Part shown: positions 10,116-18,711 of the stretch, piece after piece
Position numbering within the stretch: position 1 is the stretch's first letter
Layout: the number at the start of each line of letters is the position of its first letter
From: Gammaproteobacteria bacterium
GTDB taxonomy: Bacteria; Pseudomonadota; Gammaproteobacteria; Eutrophobiales; Eutrophobiaceae
Assembly: GCA_965222155.1 (NCBI GenBank)
Contig: CBDCTH010000012.1
Coordinates: forward strand, 736,001 to 800,000
Reading direction: 5' to 3'
Length of the DNA: 64,000 nucleotides
Position numbers and translations under genes: made by a program
The notes under the pieces: generated by a model
Told to the model about the DNA's origin: nothing
Databases searched by the model: none
The model's input: the letters and a program-made list of their open reading frames with translations, nothing else

Positions 10116-11234
10116 TCATGCAGCCAACGCCTCCACAGCCGGGAGGTAATCATAATGAAGATCGTTCGCCACGGCTTCGCAGGTAACGCGACCCTGATAC
10201 ACATTCAGGCCGTTTCGTAAACCGGGGTCATCCATCAATGCCCGCTTGACTTCCTTATTGGCCAGCGCTACGATGTAGGGCAGTGTGGCGTTGTTGAGGG
10301 CAAACGTCGAAGTGCGCGGGACTGCGCCGGGCATATTCGCCACACAATAATGCACAACGTCATCGACGATATAGGTGGGCGTCTGGTGGGTGGTTGGCCG
10401 GGATGTCTCGAAGCAACCCCCTTGATCAATTGCCACGTCGACCAGGACCGAACCCGGTTTCATGCGGGCAACCAGTTCTTTGCTTAATAGTTTGGGCGCC
10501 GTGGCGCCGGGTTTGAGAACAGCGCCGATGACAAGGTCGGATTGTAACGCGTATTCCTCTATGGTATCCCTGGTTGAATAAACACACTTGACCCGTCCGC
10601 CGTATTCTGCATCAACCTGCCGTAAACGCGGTAATGAGCAATCCAGCAACGTCACGTCTGCCCCCATCCCCAGGGCCATGGCCGCGGCATTATCGCCCAC
10701 CACGCCACCGCCGATGACCAATACTTTGGCCGGCGCCACGCCGGGAACGCCGCCCAGCAGGACTCCGGAACCGCCTTGCGCTTTTTCCAGGCAGTGTGCC
10801 CCTGCCTGAACGGACAGACGTCCGGCCACTTCACTCATGGGCGCGAGCAAAGGCAGGGACCGGTCTGCCGCGGTGACCGTTTCATAGGCAATAGCGATTG
10901 CCCCGGAGTTAAGCAGGGTGTGTGTCTGTTGCGGATCAGGCGCCAGGTGCAGGTAGGTAAACAAGACCTGCCCAGGGCGCAGCAGCCGGCACTCACCGGG
11001 TTGCGGCTCTTTTACCTTTATGACCAGAGCGGCTTCGGCAAAGACTTCAGCTGCGGTCGCTACAACTGTAGCGCCCGCGCTGGTGTAATCAACGTCTGTC
11101 ATACCGATACCGATGCCGGCATTACTTTGAACTATCACCCGGTGGCCCACCCGCACCAGTTCACGGACACTGGCAGGCGTCAAGCCCGCGCGATATTCAT
11201 GGTTTTTGGTCTCTTTTGGCACTCCGATCTGCAT
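10116..11234 (-). CDS. ald: Alanine dehydrogenase
   Basis: [52 protein letters not shown]. Confidence 0.97.
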   Translation of the reverse strand: MQIGVPKETKNHEYRAGLTPASVRELVRVGHRVIVQSNAGIGIGMTDVDYTSAGATVVATAAEVFAEAALVIKVKEPQPGECRLLRPGQVLFTYLHLAPDPQQTHTLLNSGAIAIAYETVTAADRSLPLLAPMSEVAGRLSVQAGAHCLEKAQGGSGVLLGGVPGVAPAKVLVIGGGVVGDNAAAMALGMGADVTLLDCSLPRLRQVDAEYGGRVKCVYSTRDTIEEYALQSDLVIGAVLKPGATAPKLLSKELVARMKPGSVLVDVAIDQGGCFETSRPTTHQTPTYIVDDVVHYCVANMPGAVPRTSTFALNNATLPYIVALANKEVKRALMDDPGLRNGLNVYQGRVTCEAVANDLHYDYLPAVEALAA

Positions 11235-11379
11235 GATTTTTTTACCCGTTAAAGGTTGTGCTGGAAATGCTTTGATCTTAGTGAAAAAAGAACTGAATTT
11301 CTTTGCAAAATATTAGATAATATAGCGCGTAAAATGAATTATCTTCTAAAATTCTTTGTAAATATGAAATTATATTTCA

Positions 11380-11850
11380 ATGATATCTTTGGATAGAACG
11401 GATCACTCCATTCTGCATGAGCTGCAACTTGACGGCCGTATAAGTAATGTCAAGCTGGCGGAACGGGTCAATTTATCCGAGTCGGCCTGCTTGCGCCGGG
11501 TTAAATTACTGGAGGATGCCGGCATAATCAGTGGTTATGCCATGTTGATCAACCAGGCTGCAGTAGGGTTGTCGGGTAACGTCTTCGTCGAAATTACATT
11601 GAACCGTCAGCGCCGGGAAGATCAGGATGCCTTTGAAGCCGGTGTAGCCCGGGTACCTGAAGTTATGGAGTGTTATCTCATGTCCGGAGATTATGATTAC
11701 CTGTTACGAGTCGTCGTCGCCGATGCCGGAGATTATGAACGGATACACCACGAGCAGTTGACCTCGTTACCCGGCGTTGCCAGGGTCAGGTCCAGTTTCG
11801 CCCTGCGCGCAGCGACGAAAAGAACGGAATTACCCATCCCGTCCAAATAG
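11380..11850 (+). CDS. Lrp/AsnC regulator divergent from ald (AldR-like)
   Basis: LQLDGRISNVKLAERVNLSESACLRRV, ECYLMSGDYDYLLRV; typical divergent pairing with ald. Confidence 0.93.
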   Translation: MISLDRTDHSILHELQLDGRISNVKLAERVNLSESACLRRVKLLEDAGIISGYAMLINQAAVGLSGNVFVEITLNRQRREDQDAFEAGVARVPEVMECYLMSGDYDYLLRVVVADAGDYERIHHEQLTSLPGVARVRSSFALRAATKRTELPIPSK

Positions 11851-11896
11851 TCGCCAGCTACCGAATCATCAAAGAACCGGACGATGCGGTTTATAT

Positions 11897-11938
11897 TTGA
11901 CCAAACATATCTAATGATATATATTATGATATATATTT
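11897..11938 (+). promoter_or_regulatory. vapBC promoter with tandem TGATATATATT operator repeats
   Basis: TTGACC -35 and two TGATATATATT copies over the -10 region, like AbrB-type antitoxin operators. Confidence 0.55.
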
Positions 11939-11961
11939 AAAATTGACATCTGAGGAATAAA

Positions 11962-12225
11962 ATGACCGATACGGCAAAAATATTTGTAAACGGCCGCAGC
12001 CAGGCGGTGCGCTTGCCGGCTGCCTACAGGTTTGACTCAAAGGAAGTCTTTGTAAGGCGCGACGAAAAAACCGGCGATGTCATTCTGTCAACGCGCCCGG
12101 ATGACTGGGACAGTTTGTTCAGCGCCCTTGACGGGTTGGTTATACCGGACAGCTTTTTGTCTGACAGAAAGCAAACGCAGAAACCTGAAACAAGAGACCC
12201 ACTTGGTGGAGTTGATGTTTTATGA
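11962..12225 (+). CDS. vapB: VapB antitoxin (AbrB/MazE fold)
   Basis: TAKIFVNGRSQAVRLPAAYRF. Confidence 0.93.
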   Translation: MTDTAKIFVNGRSQAVRLPAAYRFDSKEVFVRRDEKTGDVILSTRPDDWDSLFSALDGLVIPDSFLSDRKQTQKPETRDPLGGVDVL

Positions 12226-12701
12226 CAAATGTGCCTGGAGCGCATTTGGACGTCCGCAGGACGCCCGCAGGGTATGCGCCAGGGAGGGCGCATATCAAAT
12301 TCATGCTCGATACGAATATTGTCAGCTTTCTGCTGCGCAATAATGAGCAGGTTAAAGCCCATCTTCGGGAACACACACCGCATGATATATGCCTGTCAAG
12401 TATTACCAAAGCAGAACTGCTTTATGGTCTGGCAAAGCGTCCTGAGGCGACCAAATTGCATGATGCGGTCCATACCTTGCTTCGCTCATTTGATATTTTG
12501 CCCTGGCATGCAGATATCGCCGAACATTACGGCAGGCTGCGCGCGGGTATCGAAAAGAAAGGCAATTCACTCTCTGACCTGGATATGCTGATCGCCTCAC
12601 ACGCGGTTGCCGAAGACCTGACTTTGATAACCAACGATGCTGCCTTCTTAAAAATTGCCGGTCTGGAGACAGCCGACTGGACACAGCAGCAAACTGATTA
12701 A
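12222..12701 (+). CDS. vapC: VapC PIN-domain toxin with a 24-codon in-frame insertion after the start (alternative start 12303)
   Basis: FMLDTNI, ELLYG, DMLIASHA, LITND; ATGA overlap with vapB stop. Confidence 0.92.
   Translation: MTNVPGAHLDVRRTPAGYAPGRAHIKFMLDTNIVSFLLRNNEQVKAHLREHTPHDICLSSITKAELLYGLAKRPEATKLHDAVHTLLRSFDILPWHADIAEHYGRLRAGIEKKGNSLSDLDMLIASHAVAEDLTLITNDAAFLKIAGLETADWTQQQTD
12226..12297. repeat. 72-bp multi-hairpin inserted element
   Basis: Four hairpins; exact removal restores ATG AAA TTC ATG CTC GAT (MKFMLD). Confidence 0.75.
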
Positions 12702-12870
12702 AATGCCGGAACAGGATGGATAGGTTATACTGCGACGGTCCACCCTCCAGCAGTGCAATGCTGCGCCCGAAACCTGGATATAGCGGACAATCGCAATAAA
12801 TATTCTTGCGTTATACTGCCTGCAAGATTTTATGAAAGAACACTTTTAACAGCAACCCAAGGGTCTGGTC

Positions 12871-14970
12871 ATGTCTGATAAAACAAGCTACGAAGTCGTA
12901 GACGGTATTGCCGTTATTACGATTGATAACCCTCCGGTTAATGCCATGTCCACGGCGGTGAGAAAAAGCTGCTGGGACGCTCTGGGCAAACTGGCCGCCG
13001 ATAATTCAGCCAGGGCCGCGGTGCTGATATGCGCGGGCAGAACTTTTGTCGCCGGCGCCGACATTACTGAATTTGACAAACCCATTGAGGACCCCTGGTT
13101 GCCCGATTTGGTTGAGAAATTCGAGGCATCGGACAAACTCATCGTTGCCGCCATCCACGGTACTGCCCTGGGAGGTGGCCTGGAAACGGCCATGGGTTGT
13201 CACTACCGTTGTGCGCTGCCAACGGCAAGAGTGGGTCTGCCGGAAGTCAATCTGGGTCTGTTGCCCGGCGCTACGGGTACACAACGTTTGCCGCGCCTGG
13301 CCGGAGCAGGTAAGGCCCTGGACATGATGATCTCCGGCTGGCCCATTAGCGCTGGAGAAGCCCTGGAAGCCGGCATAATTGAAAAACTGGTTAAGGGTGA
13401 CCTGCGCGCCGGTGCCATCGCTTATGCCGGAGAATTGTTGGATACCGGCGCGCCGCTTAAGCGAGTCAGTCAATTGAAGGTTGCTGCTGAAGACATCGAT
13501 GATGAGTTTTTTGCGGGATACCTGCAAAAACTGGCCAGGACGGCCCGGGGTTTCTTCGCGCCGACGCAAATAGTGAAATGCGTACAGGCAGCCATGAAGG
13601 AATCCTACCGGGACGCGCTGAAAACGGAACGGCGGCTGTTTGATGAATGCAAGGCGTCCACCCATTCCCAGGCACAGCGTCACCTGTTTTTTGCGGAAAG
13701 GGAAGTGGCCAAGATCCCCGACGTCCCCAAAAACACCCCCGTGAGAGAAGTAAAGAACGTTGCAGTCATCGGCGCAGGCACCATGGGCGGCGGTATCGCG
13801 ATGAACTTCGTCAACGCCGGCATGCCGGTCACGATATTGGAGGCGGATCAGGCCGGCCTGGAGCGCGGCCTGGGGATTATCCGGAAAAATTACACGCTCG
13901 CCGTTGACAAAGGACGTATGACGGAAGCGCAACTGGAACAGGCCATGGGGATGATTACCCCCACTACTGATTATGCCGATATCGCCGCTGCCGACCTGGT
14001 GATTGAAGCCGTTTTCGAAACTATGGAGGTCAAAAAAGATGTATTCACAAAGCTGGATCAAGTCTGTAAACAAGGCGCAATCCTGGCGAGCAACACCTCC
14101 AGCCTGGATTTGAATGAAATCGCCGCCGTGACAAGCCGGCCGCAGGACGTCATCGGCATGCACTTTTTCGCCCCGGCCAACGTCATGAAATTACTGGAAA
14201 TAGTGCGCGGCGATAAAACCGCCGGGGACGTCATCGCCACGGCCATGGCCGCCGCAAAAAAGATACGCAAAGTGGGCGTCCTGGTGGGCGTCTGTTTCGG
14301 TTTCGTCGGCAATCGCATGTTTTTCCCCTACATCAGGGAAGCGCAGTTGATGATGCTGGAAGGCATCCCGCCGCAGCGGGTTGACCAGGTTGCGTTTGAC
14401 TGGGGCATGGCCATGGGCCCCCACGCGGTCATGGACTTGTCCGGTCTTGATGTTTTCTACAAGTTGAATAACGAGTGGCAGGACCGGCCCGATGATCCGG
14501 TTTACTGCCGTATGATCAATGTACTCAGTGAAATGGGGCGTCTCGGCCAGAAAACCGGCGCCGGTACCTACCGCTACGAGGGCAGGAAAGCCGTGCCGGA
14601 CCCTGAAGTGATGGAAATCGCCATGCGGGAAGCACAGGCACTGGGTGTGCAACAGGTCGAGGTCAGTGATGAAGAGATCATTGAGCGTCTGCTGTATTCA
14701 ATGATCAACGAAGGCGCGCGGGTGCTGGAAGAAGGGATTGCCATACGACCGGGTGACATCGACGTCATCTTCGTCAACGGTTACGGCATGCCGCGCTATC
14801 GCGGCGGCCCCATGAAATATGCCGACATGGTGGGTCTCGATAAAGTTTACGCTGCCATCGTTAAATATCGCGAACGCTACGGCGATTTATGGTGGACACC
14901 CGCCCCGTTACTGGAACAACTGGCTGGCGCAGGCCGCACTTTCCAGGAGTGGACCGAGAACAGGTTATGA
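12871..14970 (+). CDS. Enoyl-CoA hydratase / 3-hydroxyacyl-CoA dehydrogenase fusion
   Basis: NPPVNA, GGGLE, GLPEV, GAGTMGGGIA, ASNTSSL, GMHFF. Confidence 0.94.
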   Translation: MSDKTSYEVVDGIAVITIDNPPVNAMSTAVRKSCWDALGKLAADNSARAAVLICAGRTFVAGADITEFDKPIEDPWLPDLVEKFEASDKLIVAAIHGTALGGGLETAMGCHYRCALPTARVGLPEVNLGLLPGATGTQRLPRLAGAGKALDMMISGWPISAGEALEAGIIEKLVKGDLRAGAIAYAGELLDTGAPLKRVSQLKVAAEDIDDEFFAGYLQKLARTARGFFAPTQIVKCVQAAMKESYRDALKTERRLFDECKASTHSQAQRHLFFAEREVAKIPDVPKNTPVREVKNVAVIGAGTMGGGIAMNFVNAGMPVTILEADQAGLERGLGIIRKNYTLAVDKGRMTEAQLEQAMGMITPTTDYADIAAADLVIEAVFETMEVKKDVFTKLDQVCKQGAILASNTSSLDLNEIAAVTSRPQDVIGMHFFAPANVMKLLEIVRGDKTAGDVIATAMAAAKKIRKVGVLVGVCFGFVGNRMFFPYIREAQLMMLEGIPPQRVDQVAFDWGMAMGPHAVMDLSGLDVFYKLNNEWQDRPDDPVYCRMINVLSEMGRLGQKTGAGTYRYEGRKAVPDPEVMEIAMREAQALGVQQVEVSDEEIIERLLYSMINEGARVLEEGIAIRPGDIDVIFVNGYGMPRYRGGPMKYADMVGLDKVYAAIVKYRERYGDLWWTPAPLLEQLAGAGRTFQEWTENRL

Positions 14971-15049
14971 TCTTGCCTTGACTAAGCTCGAACGCACGCC
15001 GGCATAAAATTTAGAAATAACTATCATATTATGGTATCCTCATTTCATT

Positions 15050-17716
15050 ATGACGAAACAGTATTTCAAGTCCGTTTATTTCAGAGACTATCCTGCTGCA
15101 AGTTCAAAGGGAAAGACGATTACGCTTGCTTTCAGTGAACCTGAAGCGCCTTACTACAGCAAAGTAAAAGCGTTCAGCAGTGAGGAGATCAGGGAACTCA
15201 TCCGTATAGACAGCTATAAGCAATTGGAGCTTTTTGCTGAAAAACAAGAACGCTCTATCAATCAGGTTGCTAAAAGACTTCTCAAGAAGCGCATTAACGG
15301 CGTTGAAAAAATAAAAGTACAAGATATAACTTTTGCCGGAAGTAAAACCGTTCCTTTTCAAAGATGGTATCCCTATATTGAAGGTTATTCCCCTGACTAT
15401 GTGAAAGCCTTAATCGAAAGCTATTCACTTGAAAACTGTAAATGTATTTATGATCCGTTTATTGGTACCGGAACAACCATCTTTGCAGCAAGTACATTCG
15501 GGATAAAAACGGTTTATTCCGAGATCAACCCGCTCTTACAGTTTCTTATCCAGACCAGGTTGTTGATTTTACGATCGAGCCAGGCAGAACGCCAAAAGTT
15601 GGCTAATCGATTGAAGCAGGTCGCAAACCAGATTTTTAACAACCTGAAAAAGTTTGAAGAAGATAAATGCTTAAAACAAAGCTATGCTGCCTTATTCAAC
15701 AGCAGCATATATTTTGACGAAAAGGTTTACTCCGACGTTCTCCGTCTTCGTTCCTACCTGGACGTTATCAAATTGGAAGATGAATTATTAGCCGATACGA
15801 TAACTATTGCGGTTTTAGCAAGCTTAATCCCTGTTTCTTACTTGAAAAAGTCTGGCGACGTTCGATTTAAGACAAAAAAGGAACTGGAAAAAGAGAAATT
15901 CGAGTTGAGTGAATTCCTTCCTGCCAAATTGGCTGAAATGGCGGGGGACATCGTTAATATGGACTATGTATCAGTATCCGCTCCCGAATTTGTAGCTGCC
16001 AATGCCAAAAACATCGATCTTGTCAATGATCTCGAGATTAACGCCGTCATTACAAGCCCGCCTTACTTGAACGGCACGAACTACTTCCGCAATACCAAGC
16101 TGGAACTTTGGTTTCTACGCCACATCCAGTTCAAAAACGATCTCAGATACTTTCGCGATCAGGCATTAACGAGTGGCATTAACGACGTTAAGCAAGAAAA
16201 TGGGTTGTACACTAAAAATCGGATAATAAATAAAAGTAAACTACTGCAAGACACTCTTTTGTTACTTGACAAGCAGGCTTATGACCAGCGCATTCCGAAA
16301 ATGGCCCGCGACTACTTTGAGGAAATGGATACCGTTTTTTCAAAACTCAGGAAACATCTTACCGGAAGCGCAAAGATCCTGATTGACATCGGCGATTCCA
16401 TTTTTGCCGGCGTTCATGTCCCGACTGATGAAATATTGATGGAGGTACTGCAAAAGTCAGGCTACTCTTTCCTGGAAAAGAAGCTGCTTCGCAAGCGCAG
16501 GTCCAGAAACAAGCAGGTGCTCAGCCAGAGCTTACTGGTATTCGAATACAAAAGGCCGCAGGGAAAAAGAAAAAACAATAATGACGTATTTTTTTACGGT
16601 AGAGAAAACTGGCAAAACTTCAAAAATAACTTGCCTCACCAACAACTCCCTTATTCCAGGAGAAATTGGGGGCACAACCTGCATTCGCTTTGTTCCTATC
16701 AAGGCAAATTAAAGCCGGCGATTGCCTATCACCTGGTCAAAACATTCGTTCCTGATGGTGGTAAGGTGTTAGACCCTTTTTCCGGGGTAGGAACGATCCC
16801 ATTTGAAGCATCACTGAATGGTATGAAGTCTTATGGCATGGACATCAGTGTCCCCGCCTATTACATCTCGTCGGCCAAAATTGCCATACACTCGAAAGAC
16901 GATTGCTTCAACTATATAAAGCAAATCCGGGATTTTATCCGAGACAATCGGTGCACTAACCAGGAAATCCAAGAGACAAAGCAATTCGGCTTCAACAAAA
17001 CCTTGGCAGAATACTACGAAGATAAAACGCTAAAAGAAATAATACTGGCGCGAAGGTTTTTGCAGGAGTCGCCTCCCAAAAATCCAAGTGAAATGTTTGT
17101 GGTGGCATCTCTTTTGCACATACTCCACGGCAATCGCCCTTATGCGCTCAGCCGGCGGTCACACCCCATCGTTCCTTACGCCCCCCAAGGGGAATTTGTA
17201 TACAAAGACTTAATCAAGCATCTCAGCGACAAAGTGAACAGGGCGCTGGATAAAGAACTGCCGGTCGGCTTTACTCCCGGCAAAATCTTTAATCAGGATA
17301 CAACGGCTGTTTGGCCGCAGGAAATCAACGACGTCGACGCCGTGATAACCTCGCCGCCTTTCTATGGGAGTACGCGGTTTTATTCAGTGAATTGGCTTAG
17401 GATGTGGTTTGCCGGTTGGTCGTCCGTTGATTTCAAGTACCAGGTAAATTCTTTTATGGAAGAAAAACAAAAAAAAGATTTTGCCGTTTATGAAAACATA
17501 TTCCGACAAGCCCGGGAGCGTCTGAAAAGAGGTGGGGTTTGCGTGTTCCACCTGGGAAAAAGTGTTAAATGTGATATGGCAGAAGAATTAAAAAGAGGCA
17601 GCAAAAGATGGTTTCATGCCGCTGATTTATTCAATGAAAGCGTTGCTCACTGCGAATCACATGGAATACGTGATAAAGGAACGGTGACTTCTCATCAGTA
17701 TCTGGTACTGGTTTAG
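15050..17716 (+). CDS. Fused double amino-DNA methyltransferase (two probable N4-cytosine modules)
   Basis: Module 1 DPFIGTGTT...TSPPY; module 2 DPFSGVGT...TSPPF; AT-rich. Confidence 0.85.
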   Translation: MTKQYFKSVYFRDYPAASSKGKTITLAFSEPEAPYYSKVKAFSSEEIRELIRIDSYKQLELFAEKQERSINQVAKRLLKKRINGVEKIKVQDITFAGSKTVPFQRWYPYIEGYSPDYVKALIESYSLENCKCIYDPFIGTGTTIFAASTFGIKTVYSEINPLLQFLIQTRLLILRSSQAERQKLANRLKQVANQIFNNLKKFEEDKCLKQSYAALFNSSIYFDEKVYSDVLRLRSYLDVIKLEDELLADTITIAVLASLIPVSYLKKSGDVRFKTKKELEKEKFELSEFLPAKLAEMAGDIVNMDYVSVSAPEFVAANAKNIDLVNDLEINAVITSPPYLNGTNYFRNTKLELWFLRHIQFKNDLRYFRDQALTSGINDVKQENGLYTKNRIINKSKLLQDTLLLLDKQAYDQRIPKMARDYFEEMDTVFSKLRKHLTGSAKILIDIGDSIFAGVHVPTDEILMEVLQKSGYSFLEKKLLRKRRSRNKQVLSQSLLVFEYKRPQGKRKNNNDVFFYGRENWQNFKNNLPHQQLPYSRRNWGHNLHSLCSYQGKLKPAIAYHLVKTFVPDGGKVLDPFSGVGTIPFEASLNGMKSYGMDISVPAYYISSAKIAIHSKDDCFNYIKQIRDFIRDNRCTNQEIQETKQFGFNKTLAEYYEDKTLKEIILARRFLQESPPKNPSEMFVVASLLHILHGNRPYALSRRSHPIVPYAPQGEFVYKDLIKHLSDKVNRALDKELPVGFTPGKIFNQDTTAVWPQEINDVDAVITSPPFYGSTRFYSVNWLRMWFAGWSSVDFKYQVNSFMEEKQKKDFAVYENIFRQARERLKRGGVCVFHLGKSVKCDMAEELKRGSKRWFHAADLFNESVAHCESHGIRDKGTVTSHQYLVLV

Positions 17717-18495
17717 TCAAAATTCAACAGCTTTTTATTTTCAGGAGAAAGACGATCAACGAGACCGTAATGCTGAAGTATCTTTTTGATTTCCTTGATC
17801 CGTTTGGCCAGGTCCGATTCTTCCCGTACCTGCAAATACCTTTCAACCCCTTTGTCGACGTCAATATCATGATTTCTGACAGGGTGCTTGCCTGATATCA
17901 ACCCAAGATCAGCGCCAGTAATCTTTGCCAATTCGATTAATTCGTTATTCGTGTAAAATTTGCTCGGCCACCTGTCACGTTTATTCTCATTAGCACTTTT
18001 TGAAAGTAGTGCAGCATTTTCCTTTTTAAGAGGATACAAATATTTTGATGGCAAGATATGGTCAATAGCCCCTTTACAACTTCTACATTCCATCTGCCTT
18101 TCTAATGGTCCCCATCCCGAATGCTTGCTGAATGCCTGAAATGACAATATCCGACAACAGACATTACACTGCTTCCAATACGATTCTGGCTGTTCCGTTG
18201 CTATTCGGAAAAACCCTTCCCAAAACCTGAGGGTAGTCATGGACTCGGAGTCATTGTACTCCATCCCCCAATTTTCAAACGGCAGGTCGGACTCCTTTGA
18301 ATGGATAAATTCACAATGCTTACACTCCCATATACAGTTTTCAACAGCTTCTTTCGGAGATAGTAATTCCTGTCCGATGCGGACATGGTTCAATCTCCGA
18401 CAGCCCACGCATTGATATGCCACCCATGCGTCACGATAGGGAATACCTTCGACCCTTTTTATTTCAGTTGCGTTTATTGTTTTTCTTCTGACCAT
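17713..18495 (-). CDS. Zn-finger plus HNH-like protein, putative restriction endonuclease
   Basis: CVGC, CKHC, CNVC, CRSC, then DHILP...ENAALL...ANENK; convergent with the MTase, 4-bp overlap. Confidence 0.65.
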   Translation of the reverse strand: MVRRKTINATEIKRVEGIPYRDAWVAYQCVGCRRLNHVRIGQELLSPKEAVENCIWECKHCEFIHSKESDLPFENWGMEYNDSESMTTLRFWEGFFRIATEQPESYWKQCNVCCRILSFQAFSKHSGWGPLERQMECRSCKGAIDHILPSKYLYPLKKENAALLSKSANENKRDRWPSKFYTNNELIELAKITGADLGLISGKHPVRNHDIDVDKGVERYLQVREESDLAKRIKEIKKILQHYGLVDRLSPENKKLLNFD

Positions 18496-18711
18496 CTTAG
18501 CGTGTTTCCTGTTCAGTACACCTGCTGAGGGGAAGTGGATATATTCTGCATAAAATTTCCTAAAAACTGACTATTAAAGATATTTTGAAATTAATTTAAT
18601 TACTAAGTATTATCTCCGTACTTGAAAAATAAGAATAATATCAGTTATCGCCAGCGTCGAGTATCAACAGTATACTCACACCAATTTCCATAACTTACAC
18701 AGGTGCCCGGA

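Noticed and set aside
13006-14163. Long antisense ORFs (also 3091-3894, 37620-38207, 43423-44031, 53587-54330)
   Set aside because: Shadows of well-supported genes on the opposite strand, with no recognisable motifs
15000-18700. Prophage or integrative element around the R-M island
   Set aside because: No integrase, tRNA or flanking direct repeats visible
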